Position numbers and translations under genes: made by a program. From the IMG/VR virus record IMGVR_UViG_3300044701_001468: a stretch of DNA of 64,000 nt. One strand, given 5' to 3'. Below are positions 9,849 to 19,403 of this stretch, piece after piece. The notes beneath the pieces are model-generated. The model saw only the letters and a list, made by a program, of their open reading frames with translations, was not told the origin of the DNA and made no database searches. Source of the stretch: a virus. Every line of letters begins with the position of its first letter. Position 1 is the first letter of the stretch.

Positions 9849-10128
9849 TGGTCTTTTTTCTTTTATTTTTATTTATAAAAGTCTTGATGGTATCCTTGGC
9901 AGTTGTTTTTTTGGGGGTTTCGCATCCACAATGTTCTTTGATATCCTTCACCCATGCACGAAACATTTTGCCTTCATTAGTTACAGCAATCACATAGTTA
10001 ACACCACGTCTATGAATCTTTCCCACTTCACCTAGATTATTTTCTACCCAATCACCCTCAGCAAATACATTGCCGAGCATGTAGGATTTTTGTTTTGATT
10101 GTGCCAGTAGTTCTTTAAGTGATTTCAT
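9838..10128 (-). CDS. Small SH3-like beta-barrel protein
   Basis: FAEGDWVEN...GKIHRRGVNYVIAVT...FRAWVKD; recalled as the domain that follows the cytidyltransferase in other cyanomyoviruses. Confidence 0.6.
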   Translation of the reverse strand: MKSLKELLAQSKQKSYMLGNVFAEGDWVENNLGEVGKIHRRGVNYVIAVTNEGKMFRAWVKDIKEHCGCETPKKTTAKDTIKTFINKNKRKKTNDN

Positions 10129-11891
10129 ACTCCCATCCCTAGTGCGTCTTGCATATTGTTTGCATAATTTTTACTTCGCAATTCAATCCATTGTTTGTAT
10201 TGCGAGAAATTTTTGGTGCTAATAAAATCATATTTGAGTCTAGCTTCTCCACCAATAGTATCTTCACTGGTCACAGAATAAACCACGCTTTCTTTTGCCA
10301 ACACTTGCTCATAAAATAATTTATAAAAGTTAAATTGAGAAGATCCAGATTGTTGTGAAGTTTTCACCAAAACTCTTTCGCAAAGCAAAGCGACATTATT
10401 TAAAGCAAATGGATATTTTCTATTGGGACTTTTCTTTTCTGCTTCTGCTACAGACGCAGATATTAATTGTTTTAATATTTTTGTTTTAGTAGAATTACCT
10501 TTGAATAAATTATCTGCTATGAAATTTTTTGCCTTTGTTAATAACTCGGTATCAATAATTATATCATCTATTGGAGCATAATTTTTAGAAACACTTGTTA
10601 TTTTATTATCAAGTAATGTGATAAATTTTATCCACTCTTCTGGTTTCATGGAAGATGTATCTAACGTAGAATTAAAATCCTTCTTTACTTCAGATTTTTT
10701 AGAACCAGCAAATAATTTTCTCAGTGCTCTTATAGGATACAAAGTTCCTTTCTTAGAATACTTGTTGTATTCCATAGCAGACGAAGCAATCATTCGTTGA
10801 CCTATTTGATTTGCTCTTGCTGTAGATATAATACTTTTAAACCATTTATGAACTTCTGCCTCATTAGAGAAAGCAGTTGTAAATTTAACTGTGGCAGTAG
10901 AAGAACCCCTAACCTTAGACTTAACACTAATCTTAAGTGGAGTAGTTTTATTCCCATTGACTGCTATTTTATAATCAATCAATGCTTCATTGGCAGCTTC
11001 TGGTAAATATATTTCCACGCTACTAATTGATTCTCCTTCAGGCCATCCTATTATGTGTTTTATATTTGCATTGTTATTCATCAGCAACTTAGATAATTTA
11101 AGAACTGAAAGAATTTCAAAAAATTCAGATGATAAGTCAGGGGCAATACCCAACCTATCATCTAAACCAGTATTTCTATACGAATCTGTAATAGCATCAA
11201 CATAATCTTTTCTAAGAATTATATTACTAGATGGAAAATCTGTGCTATTAATAAAAGAAATTACATTGTTATAAAACTCTTGAGGTGTCAACCACGTATC
11301 TGTAATCTTTGGTTTTACATCTTTTGGTTTTAATGATTCTAATTTTTTGCTGCCAGTTGAACTACCAGCATATTTCATGGAAAAATTAAAATTTAAATTT
11401 GTGCTTTTTGGTGCTACTCTTCCTTTTGCATCTAATTCCTTATACGAATAAACAGATTTAATTTGGAGAGTTGGATTTTTACCACCTGATAAAGTATGCA
11501 ACTTTATTTCTCTGATATGAAGTTTATTCTTAATTTGTCTTGAGTTAATAAACTCCATCATGTTTTCAATAAAAGTTGCTCTAGGTATTCTCAAATTCAA
11601 ATCACCATACTTTTCATTTCCATTATCACAGGTCATCTTGTAAGTATGAACTATGCTGGATTTACTTTTGATGACTGCCTCAATTTCCATAAGGCTTCCA
11701 TCTTCTTCAATCTCGTTACTCCCACCCTCTAACTGAAAATCAAATCCATTCACTTCACCATATTGTTTATTGAAAGCATACCCAGCAGCAACGTGAACCA
11801 GCCTCAGCATTCTTCTGATTCTGGTTGCTGGAATATCAATATCAATATATTCATCAATGGTTCTTTGTTCTCTTCTTAAATCAAATGTCAT
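10125..11891 (-). CDS. AT-rich 588-aa protein with a PD-(D/E)xK-like core
   Basis: SEFFE helix then LIDY...KISVKS; visibly more AT-rich than the upstream gene. Confidence 0.55.
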   Translation of the reverse strand: MTFDLRREQRTIDEYIDIDIPATRIRRMLRLVHVAAGYAFNKQYGEVNGFDFQLEGGSNEIEEDGSLMEIEAVIKSKSSIVHTYKMTCDNGNEKYGDLNLRIPRATFIENMMEFINSRQIKNKLHIREIKLHTLSGGKNPTLQIKSVYSYKELDAKGRVAPKSTNLNFNFSMKYAGSSTGSKKLESLKPKDVKPKITDTWLTPQEFYNNVISFINSTDFPSSNIILRKDYVDAITDSYRNTGLDDRLGIAPDLSSEFFEILSVLKLSKLLMNNNANIKHIIGWPEGESISSVEIYLPEAANEALIDYKIAVNGNKTTPLKISVKSKVRGSSTATVKFTTAFSNEAEVHKWFKSIISTARANQIGQRMIASSAMEYNKYSKKGTLYPIRALRKLFAGSKKSEVKKDFNSTLDTSSMKPEEWIKFITLLDNKITSVSKNYAPIDDIIIDTELLTKAKNFIADNLFKGNSTKTKILKQLISASVAEAEKKSPNRKYPFALNNVALLCERVLVKTSQQSGSSQFNFYKLFYEQVLAKESVVYSVTSEDTIGGEARLKYDFISTKNFSQYKQWIELRSKNYANNMQDALGMGV

Positions 11892-13666
11892 TATGACATC
11901 CCCGATAAGACTGCTTGAATATACATCTTTTTAAAGCTGGCATCATTCTTCACTGAGTTAGGTAAAGCACTAGCAACAACATCAAAGTCTCCCTCAACAA
12001 TTGCTTTTCTCACTTTACTTGCAGACATACCAGATACATCATCTGCATCAGGGTCACGCTCACCAGCACTTCTAATCTCAACAGTATTCATATTGTAATC
12101 TTTACCATTATATTGTTTGATGAATTGGAATGCTGGAACACGATCAGAACCAACAACAAAGATGGCATCCGTATATCCTTTATCTTCCAACCACTTCAAT
12201 GCCTTAATAGCATCCCTAACATCAGCATCAAAAATAACGGAATCCTTGTGAGAAGGAAACATCATTTTCATCAACGTAACTTTTTGCTCTGCAGTCAAAG
12301 GATTCTTCCCCTTCTTGTCAGTAGTATGACTAGGAAAAACAAAGTAGTCGTTGCCAGCGGCAAACTCCTTAACCTTATTTATCAGCAGCTCATGCCCCGT
12401 CGTAGGGGGATTGAAGCGCCCGAAAGTAAACGCAGCAACCTTAGCACCCTCAGTGGTAGGAGGGCGCCACGACTTCTCTAGCGTGAAGTTGGCACGGGAG
12501 AACTCCAAGCGGTCAACAATCTTTACTGCCTTACCATCAACGATAGCAACGAAACCCTCAGGCTTCGTCACAACAAAGTTATCACCGCTACGCAGGAATA
12601 CTTTGGTATCGCTTAGACCAGCAAGTTTATTGTTGATTAGATTCTTAGCGTTGGTAAAAGAATTATAGATAACAATGAATGCCTTGAATGCTCGCTTGTT
12701 ATCTTCAAGGAACTGAAGACCAGATGCTAACTTATCGCGGTATTCGTTCTTAGACTTCTCCGACTTCAGACTCTCAACCTTTTCAACCAGAGACTTTTTG
12801 AATGCTGCTTCAAACTTGGTGATGAAAATATTGACATTGTTAATTTTCTGCCCTTCCTTCACATAGCTGTTAGTAAAACGCTTCATCGTATAACCAAGCG
12901 TGAACTGCTTGGTTGCTTCGTGTGCCACCATTTCAATAAAAGGTTTAGCAGCAGAAGCATTGCGTTCTGCTACAGCAATCACCGATTTGAGAGTGCGTTC
13001 TTCAACATTAGTTAAACCAGACTTAGAGCTGATATTATCCATCGTCGCAGATGCCAAAAAGACATTGCGAGTAGATTTCAAATTGAATTGACTGACACCA
13101 AAACCAGCGTTGAGAGTATTGATAGGACCAGTGCCGCTGTAGTAAGTGTGAAATACAGCGCCAATCTTAGCAGTGTTTACTGCCTTACCTAAGTCGCTAT
13201 CAGCAGGCCAAGCATACGTCAACGTATTAGGAGTTGCCGTATAGTAATGCTCGCCATCAATAGTCTTAGTTACTACATCTTCATCAGTGAAAAGAAGATC
13301 TCCCTGAATGATTCCTTTGATATTCAACTCAGCAAAATACTTCAGACAATACTTAAGTTTTTTTGCGAGGTCAGGAATTTCACCATGATTCTTATCAATA
13401 TCTTCTTCAGTGAAATTGACCTTAGGTTCTTTCTTATTAAATACCGATTTAGTGCCGACGAAAAATTGCTTGCTCTCTGGGTCGATGCCACAAACCACAG
13501 CAGGAGCGCCATCCCACTTCGTCGTAACCGTTACATTACCAGTAGGACGACCGCCAAGCTCGTCAAGAAAATTCTGAATGAGGTCTTTAGAAGCGACGTA
13601 TCCACCATAACCATAATTGATTAACTCGTCTTCTAAGTGCTCAAGGTGTTTGTTCTGGGATGCCAT
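11891..13666 (-). CDS. Fusion of a ligase-like covalent nucleotidyltransferase domain and an HxGH-family (cytidyltransferase/NMNAT-like) domain
   Basis: TTKWDG (K50), QGDL, PEGFV, KIVDR ligase-type motifs; FGRFNPPTTGH, VVGSDR, MSASKVR NTase motifs. Confidence 0.75.
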   Translation of the reverse strand: MASQNKHLEHLEDELINYGYGGYVASKDLIQNFLDELGGRPTGNVTVTTKWDGAPAVVCGIDPESKQFFVGTKSVFNKKEPKVNFTEEDIDKNHGEIPDLAKKLKYCLKYFAELNIKGIIQGDLLFTDEDVVTKTIDGEHYYTATPNTLTYAWPADSDLGKAVNTAKIGAVFHTYYSGTGPINTLNAGFGVSQFNLKSTRNVFLASATMDNISSKSGLTNVEERTLKSVIAVAERNASAAKPFIEMVAHEATKQFTLGYTMKRFTNSYVKEGQKINNVNIFITKFEAAFKKSLVEKVESLKSEKSKNEYRDKLASGLQFLEDNKRAFKAFIVIYNSFTNAKNLINNKLAGLSDTKVFLRSGDNFVVTKPEGFVAIVDGKAVKIVDRLEFSRANFTLEKSWRPPTTEGAKVAAFTFGRFNPPTTGHELLINKVKEFAAGNDYFVFPSHTTDKKGKNPLTAEQKVTLMKMMFPSHKDSVIFDADVRDAIKALKWLEDKGYTDAIFVVGSDRVPAFQFIKQYNGKDYNMNTVEIRSAGERDPDADDVSGMSASKVRKAIVEGDFDVVASALPNSVKNDASFKKMYIQAVLSGMS

Positions 13667-13676
13667 CTATGGGAAA

Positions 13677-13735
13677 GGGGGTCCACCCTTATTTAGGTGT
13701 CCCCCCCATCATAGCACATCATACGTCGTTGGCAA
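13677..13735 (-). promoter_or_regulatory. Sigma70-like promoter TTGCCA-N16-TATGAT plus late element CTAAATA (13690-13696) inside a GC hairpin
   Basis: -35 at 13730-13735, -10 at 13708-13713; CACC/GGTG and G-run/C-run arms flank the late element. Confidence 0.5.
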
Positions 13736-14123
13736 CTCGTTTTTCGCTTCGCTCAATACTGAAGGTTCCTTCTGGATATCGAGCAGTCAGTTTCTCGAAG
13801 TTCATCTGAGCAATCTCTTCAAACGAAATATCAAGAGCAATACATGCCTGAGCAATATACCACATGATATCTCCAAGTTCACGTTTCATATGGAAAACGT
13901 TATCTTCGTTATAAGGTTTACCTTGGAAGGCAATCTTCTTCACAATCTCAGTAAACTCACCACCCTCAGCAGTGATGCCACAAGCAGCAGTCATCAGACG
14001 TTGAATATCAACACCCTGATTTTTTAGTTCGAGAATACGTTCAACAAACTCACTGGTGTCGCGTGACGCTGGACTGGTAACAGAACCAACGAATTCAACA
14101 TACTTATTAAAATCAATTGTCAT
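13719..14123 (-). CDS. mazG: MazG-like nucleotide pyrophosphohydrolase
   Basis: EGGEFTEIVKK, RELGDIMWY, KLTARYP; canonical position after gp41. Confidence 0.93.
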   Translation of the reverse strand: MTIDFNKYVEFVGSVTSPASRDTSEFVERILELKNQGVDIQRLMTAACGITAEGGEFTEIVKKIAFQGKPYNEDNVFHMKRELGDIMWYIAQACIALDISFEEIAQMNFEKLTARYPEGTFSIERSEKRVANDV

Positions 14124-15505
14124 AAAATAAAACTGGTAAATTTGCTTTTAGTATCTTTGCTTTGTTTCGCTGCCATCTCTTCGAAGTCATACTCCTCTTC
14201 TTTATCAGAGGATAGGTCAACAGCGTTATCAACATTATAGAGCTTCATTCTTGCTCTGTCAACCCCAACCAAGAATCTCTTATACATGGTGGGATCATTG
14301 TATCTGTTCTTTAATTGTTTGACCATAATTTTACCATCCTTCTCCAAATCTTCTGTCGATATAAGAGCAAACATGAAATCAGCAGTAGCAGGTAAACCAA
14401 AGGATTCCGAAGTATCAGTAAGATCCACGTCACTATTGCCAAAACCACTACGGGTTGTTTGCGTTGCTGAGACAACAGGAACATTGTGTTCGACAGCAAG
14501 GCCGCGTAATTCCTCAGCAATCGCTTTAACATAGGTATAAGAATTGACGATAGCGCCTTTATACCTTGCACTAGCACAGATGTTAAGGTAGTCGATAAAG
14601 ATGATATCTGGTTTAAATGTCTTTTTGAGAGATAGTTCATTTAGTAATGATTTGAAATGACCAACGTGTGCAGCAGCAGTTGGATACTCTTTAATAATAA
14701 GACGACCTTGTGTTTTACGTTTCAGTTCATTGATACGATTAGTAAAGATTGATTCTGGCAAATCAATAAGGTCTTTGATATTAACATTAAACAAGTTAGC
14801 ATCAATACGTTCGGCAATCTTTTCCTCTGCCATCTCCATGGTAATGTAAAGAACATTCCGACCAAGTGATAGACAATGAGCAGCATAGTCACACATAAAG
14901 AGTGACTTGCCAACACCTGTGCCAGCAAGTGCTACATTCAATGTCTTGTTAGGTAGACCACCTTTGGTAATCTTATTAAAGTATTCGAGATGGAATGGAA
15001 TCTTATCCTCAGTGAGATGATAGAACGCATAACGCTCAGCACCATTCTCTAAGTAATCGTGACCTACGTGTTCATCGAACGATACTGCCAGGGCCTCTTG
15101 TAGGATTGCTGGGATAGCGTCTGGCGATACTTTTTGATTGCCTCCGTCCGCGATCTTGATTGACTCAAGGAGGGCGAGATAGATTGCTCTGTCTTTACAC
15201 CACTTCTCTGTGGTGTCGAGCAACCAGTTGTATTCGACTGGGGCATTAGTAAGTCCCTGAATCGTTTTAACTGCGTTTTGATATACTTCCTCATTTAAAT
15301 CTTTCCTACCTTCCAAGTTAATAATGAGAACTTCTGCTGTTGGTAGCATTTCATAGTTGCTAGCGAAGTTCCACACTTCTTCATAGATAACCTTTTCATG
15401 GGTTTCATTGAAGTAATCTGGTTTCACAAAAGGCACAACCTTTCTGTAATAGGGTTCATTACAGAGAAGGTTACGCAAAATTGTTGTTTCAATTCTTTCA
15501 CTCAT
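14120..15505 (-). CDS. gp41: Replicative DNA helicase
   Basis: Walker [38 protein letters not shown]. Confidence 0.96.
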   Translation of the reverse strand: MSERIETTILRNLLCNEPYYRKVVPFVKPDYFNETHEKVIYEEVWNFASNYEMLPTAEVLIINLEGRKDLNEEVYQNAVKTIQGLTNAPVEYNWLLDTTEKWCKDRAIYLALLESIKIADGGNQKVSPDAIPAILQEALAVSFDEHVGHDYLENGAERYAFYHLTEDKIPFHLEYFNKITKGGLPNKTLNVALAGTGVGKSLFMCDYAAHCLSLGRNVLYITMEMAEEKIAERIDANLFNVNIKDLIDLPESIFTNRINELKRKTQGRLIIKEYPTAAAHVGHFKSLLNELSLKKTFKPDIIFIDYLNICASARYKGAIVNSYTYVKAIAEELRGLAVEHNVPVVSATQTTRSGFGNSDVDLTDTSESFGLPATADFMFALISTEDLEKDGKIMVKQLKNRYNDPTMYKRFLVGVDRARMKLYNVDNAVDLSSDKEEEYDFEEMAAKQSKDTKSKFTSFIL

Positions 15506-16511
15506 CCGCTACTCCATACAAGAATTCTTTCTTAGCACACTCATCTAGGGCTTGCATTATTTCGGGGGTGAAGTATTTGTCAGGGTCTTTATAGATGACC
15601 GAAGGATACACACTCCCAGAATCAAGTTTAATGCGGTTACCCACCCGCTCGAAGACTCCATACTTCTCACCCAATTCCAGTAATCCGTAATACTTGTCAA
15701 GACCTCTGGCGTCATAGAATAACCTCGTTTCGATGTCTGAGTTTTCTTTAGTAAAGCGAGACTTCTGTGCCTTCACTTTAATGATGTTACCAACCACCTC
15801 AGTGCCATCTTTCTCTTTCTTTTTAGAAAGGAAAAGAATACTAGAAGCAGAATACTTCAGACCACTACCACCACCCATTTCTTTAGTGGGCACATAAGCA
15901 CCAACCACATCGTATGTATGGTTAGTAACAATCATAGGAATCTCTGCTTGACCTAGCTTGAGTGAAAGAATACGGAAGATGGATTTGATAACCTGAGCAC
16001 GAGTCATGTCACGAGTTTCCTTGCCAGCAGTCGCATCCTCAACCTCTTTCGTGGTCGAGAGCATTCCCAAAGAGTCTAGCACAAAAAGCAGAGGAGGTCT
16101 AGCATCCTTCTTAAGTTTCATGTATTCGTCAACAACCTTAATACTTTGTGTACGAAACTCTTGCACAGTAGTTACAGGCACCAAACCAACACGCTTGATA
16201 TCAATGCCACGCTCAGCAAGCATATCTTTTTCGATAGCTGATTCAGATTCAAAATAGATTACTTGTGCTTCTAGGTTGCTGTCAAGGAAGTGCTTGCAGA
16301 TTGAGAGGGCAAAGAAGGTTTTACCTGTGCTGGATTCTCCTGCAAGTGCAGTGATTTTATTTGATGGGAGACCACCAAATATGCTCCCGCTGATAAGAGC
16401 ATTGAGTATGTAAGAACCAGTATCCACAAACGTTTTACACATGATGGAATCGTCAACGACGTTCGCATATTCATTATCTAACTCCTTAATAACAGATTGT
16501 AAGAAACTCAT
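15498..16511 (-). CDS. uvsX: RecA-like recombinase
   Basis: GESSTGKT Walker [14 protein letters not shown]; lies between gp43 and gp41. Confidence 0.95.
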   Translation of the reverse strand: MSFLQSVIKELDNEYANVVDDSIMCKTFVDTGSYILNALISGSIFGGLPSNKITALAGESSTGKTFFALSICKHFLDSNLEAQVIYFESESAIEKDMLAERGIDIKRVGLVPVTTVQEFRTQSIKVVDEYMKLKKDARPPLLFVLDSLGMLSTTKEVEDATAGKETRDMTRAQVIKSIFRILSLKLGQAEIPMIVTNHTYDVVGAYVPTKEMGGGSGLKYSASSILFLSKKKEKDGTEVVGNIIKVKAQKSRFTKENSDIETRLFYDARGLDKYYGLLELGEKYGVFERVGNRIKLDSGSVYPSVIYKDPDKYFTPEIMQALDECAKKEFLYGVADE

Positions 16512-16517
16512 AATACC

Positions 16518-19010
16518 TCAACTAAAAAAACTTGTAAGTGAACCACGGCGTTCATACTGCCAGTCAATACATTCTAGCACATTTTTCAGTGGTTCGAAGA
16601 ACGACTTTTCAAACTGAGTGGTATAGTCAACATACTTCTCAAGGTTAAGTTCCTTAGGAAGCTGTTGAAAGAAGGCGATTACATTCTCGCCAATGGTGTT
16701 GGGAGTCTTAAGATACATGAACTTAATCTTCTCTCCCTCCTGAATCAAAGGATATTTGTGTTCGAGATTATTCTTTTTTACATAGTAGTTATACAGCAAC
16801 GCCCCACGCACTTGAATAGGGCAACCCTTAGCATAGATATCAGCACTGCTACGATACTTCTTCAGACCATTACAACCACGAGGGAATGCAATGTTGAGAT
16901 AGTTCTGCTTCTTGGTGTCTTCTTTAATCTCATTGATAAACTCAAGAATATCTTCATTTGTTTTGGTAACAATGATACGATATGCTTGCTCTAGTTTGTC
17001 ACGGAAGTAAGCAGGAGTTGATGAGCGAGCAGTCTCCATACCACAGATTTTCATCTTAGGTTTGGCATAACGCACACCTTCACTATCCCAGACGTTGAGA
17101 ACATAGCGTTTCTTGGCGGTCCAGAAACCACGCTCAGCAATGTTCTCACGCTTCATCTTCATCATCTGGGCGTAGGCGTTGAGGTAGTCTGCCAGTTCTT
17201 GGTAAGAACTTTCAATATACTTTTCAAGTTCCACCGCACAGACCTTATCAAGGAACGTAACAATGCTTTCACTAGTTTTCTCTCTGCCAGCGAATATCTT
17301 GTCCACCAACGGACCCAGATTAAGATACATAGAATCGGTATCACAAGCAATAACATAATCAGCACCTGTTGTTTTTAGAATCTTATTCAGATAAGCATTC
17401 ATCTTATTCTGAATCCAACGAATAGAAAGTTGACCAGAAAGAGTGATTGCCTCAGCGATTTCAAGTTTGTAGTAACGGAAGTGCTCATTACCGATAGCAC
17501 CATAGGCAGAGTTCAGTTGAATCTTACGTGCCATCTGAATGTTATTGCAGCGAGAAATCTCTTTCTTCAACTCAATCGTTGGAGTCTTCTCATACTGCTG
17601 CTTGGCGGCAAGCATCTTCTTTTTGTAGATGGTTCGATCTTCATAGATCTTCTCCATCAGCTTGGGTAGGAACCCCTGCTGCTTGGTGGTGTAGTGCGTC
17701 CCATTGGCGCACAGGGTCTCCCCTACGAGGTCGCTGGTATCGAATGCCTTGTCCAGCAGCATGTCCACGTTGACGCTGCTACGGCGCGGCAGGAGCGTCT
17801 CTGGCGACAGGTTGTACTGCATGATCAGGTGTGGGTACAGGGAGTTCAAGTCGAACGACACCACCCAGTCATACATGCCAGGCACAGGTTCTTTCACATA
17901 AGCACCAGCATACTTATCATTCTTCACACTATCTTTCTTTGGGGGAATGACAATGCCCATCTTCGCCAGATAGATGTAGATGATGTTATCCCACATGCGA
18001 ACCTGAGAATAAACATCCTCATAGTTTACCTTAGCATCGTATGCCATAGTAAACGCAAGTTCCAGCAACTTCATCTTGTCTTCCAATTGGTCAACAAGGC
18101 GAACGTCGATGATGTTATACTTAACAAACTTATCCCAATCTTTAGTGTAGAACTCTTTGAAAGTATCAAACTCAGAGTGATCGAGTTTCTTGGCATCAAG
18201 TTCTACAGATGCGATATGGTCAAGGCGATAAGATTCTTGGTTGGTGTAAGTGAACTTCTTGTAAAGTTCAAGGTAATCCAAACAAGCAACACCAGTGATA
18301 TCATATGCAAAGTTTTTACGACCTTTGATATAAATCTCACGACCAGAAACTAGTTTCCAAGGCGAGAGCAGTTTAGTATGCTCCTCGCCAAGAATACGAT
18401 TCATGCGGTTGCAAATGTATGGAATATCAAATAGTTGGATGTTCCAACCAGTTACTACATCGGGGGTATTTTCCTGCCACCATTTGAGGAAGCACGAAAG
18501 GAGTTTCGTCTCATCGTTACAATGGATGTAATCAACCTGTCGGTCTTCATTCTTGAAACTCTTTGATCCCCAGACAATGATCCTGTTTGTAAAAGAATCA
18601 CGGATAGAAATAAGCAGAATCTCTTGGTCTGCTGATTCAATATCAGGGAAACCATTCTCGGCTCCAGTTTCAATATCCAAAGTAAATGTACGAATGAGAG
18701 AAGAGTCGAAGCGAATTTCGTCATCGGGATATGCTTCGTTGATGTACTGATACAAGTATCTAGTATTCCCGTGAATTTCAAATCCCTCCACACCCTCGTA
18801 TTGATTGATAAATTGCCTACAATCATTAATAGAGCCTGGACGGACTTCCTTAAGGAAACGCCCATCCAGACTCTTATGATCAGTCTGCTTGTTAGCAAGA
18901 ACAAACAGACTAGGATTGTAGTTTACACGATACTGAACTCTATCACCATTTTCATAACCACGAACGAGGATGCGATTCCCCGCCTGTTCAATGTTCGTAT
19001 AAAACCTCAT
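16518..19010 (-). CDS. gp43: Family B DNA polymerase
   Basis: Exo DIET, motif A DLNSLYP, motif B KIQLNSAYG, motif C DTDS. Confidence 0.98.
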   Translation of the reverse strand: MRFYTNIEQAGNRILVRGYENGDRVQYRVNYNPSLFVLANKQTDHKSLDGRFLKEVRPGSINDCRQFINQYEGVEGFEIHGNTRYLYQYINEAYPDDEIRFDSSLIRTFTLDIETGAENGFPDIESADQEILLISIRDSFTNRIIVWGSKSFKNEDRQVDYIHCNDETKLLSCFLKWWQENTPDVVTGWNIQLFDIPYICNRMNRILGEEHTKLLSPWKLVSGREIYIKGRKNFAYDITGVACLDYLELYKKFTYTNQESYRLDHIASVELDAKKLDHSEFDTFKEFYTKDWDKFVKYNIIDVRLVDQLEDKMKLLELAFTMAYDAKVNYEDVYSQVRMWDNIIYIYLAKMGIVIPPKKDSVKNDKYAGAYVKEPVPGMYDWVVSFDLNSLYPHLIMQYNLSPETLLPRRSSVNVDMLLDKAFDTSDLVGETLCANGTHYTTKQQGFLPKLMEKIYEDRTIYKKKMLAAKQQYEKTPTIELKKEISRCNNIQMARKIQLNSAYGAIGNEHFRYYKLEIAEAITLSGQLSIRWIQNKMNAYLNKILKTTGADYVIACDTDSMYLNLGPLVDKIFAGREKTSESIVTFLDKVCAVELEKYIESSYQELADYLNAYAQMMKMKRENIAERGFWTAKKRYVLNVWDSEGVRYAKPKMKICGMETARSSTPAYFRDKLEQAYRIIVTKTNEDILEFINEIKEDTKKQNYLNIAFPRGCNGLKKYRSSADIYAKGCPIQVRGALLYNYYVKKNNLEHKYPLIQEGEKIKFMYLKTPNTIGENVIAFFQQLPKELNLEKYVDYTTQFEKSFFEPLKNVLECIDWQYERRGSLTSFFS

Positions 19011-19013
19011 GCG

Positions 19014-19403
19014 TCAACCCACGGTCTTCTGGTAGTATTCTAGCACAGAATACGACGGATCGCAAATGGTCAGAATGTCATCTGCTCGCACGTAGATTTG
19101 AGTTTGGTTAGTATACTTGGGAAACTTTTGCAACAGAATATAATCTGATTGAATAACTGTCACTTCATTACCATCTTTGTCGATTTCTTTTTCTTCGCTT
19201 TCCTCAATGAAAAGAGCATCAGGATTACGAACGTTTTTATAATCAACGTTAGAATGATCCCAGTAAGTTAAATCAGTTATTCTATAAGGATTAGTTAAGA
19301 GGCATTCAGGACTCTCCTCCCTCTCCTCGATCTCCGCTATCAAATAATCCCGATCCTTCAGAACTATCACTTGAATCACTTTGTCCTGCGAGTTTAACGT
19401 CAT
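19014..19403 (-). CDS. Hypothetical protein, Sm-like fold candidate
   Basis: Beta-rich, VIVLKDRDYLIAEIEE...LLTNPYRI; conserved position between hsp20 and gp43. Confidence 0.6.
   Translation of the reverse strand: MTLNSQDKVIQVIVLKDRDYLIAEIEEREESPECLLTNPYRITDLTYWDHSNVDYKNVRNPDALFIEESEEKEIDKDGNEVTVIQSDYILLQKFPKYTNQTQIYVRADDILTICDPSYSVLEYYQKTVG

Noticed and set aside
17528-18353. + strand ORFs overlapping the GC-rich gp43 patch, as a possible overprinted gene
   Set aside because: Translations look non-biological; stop depletion follows from high GC3 on the sense strand
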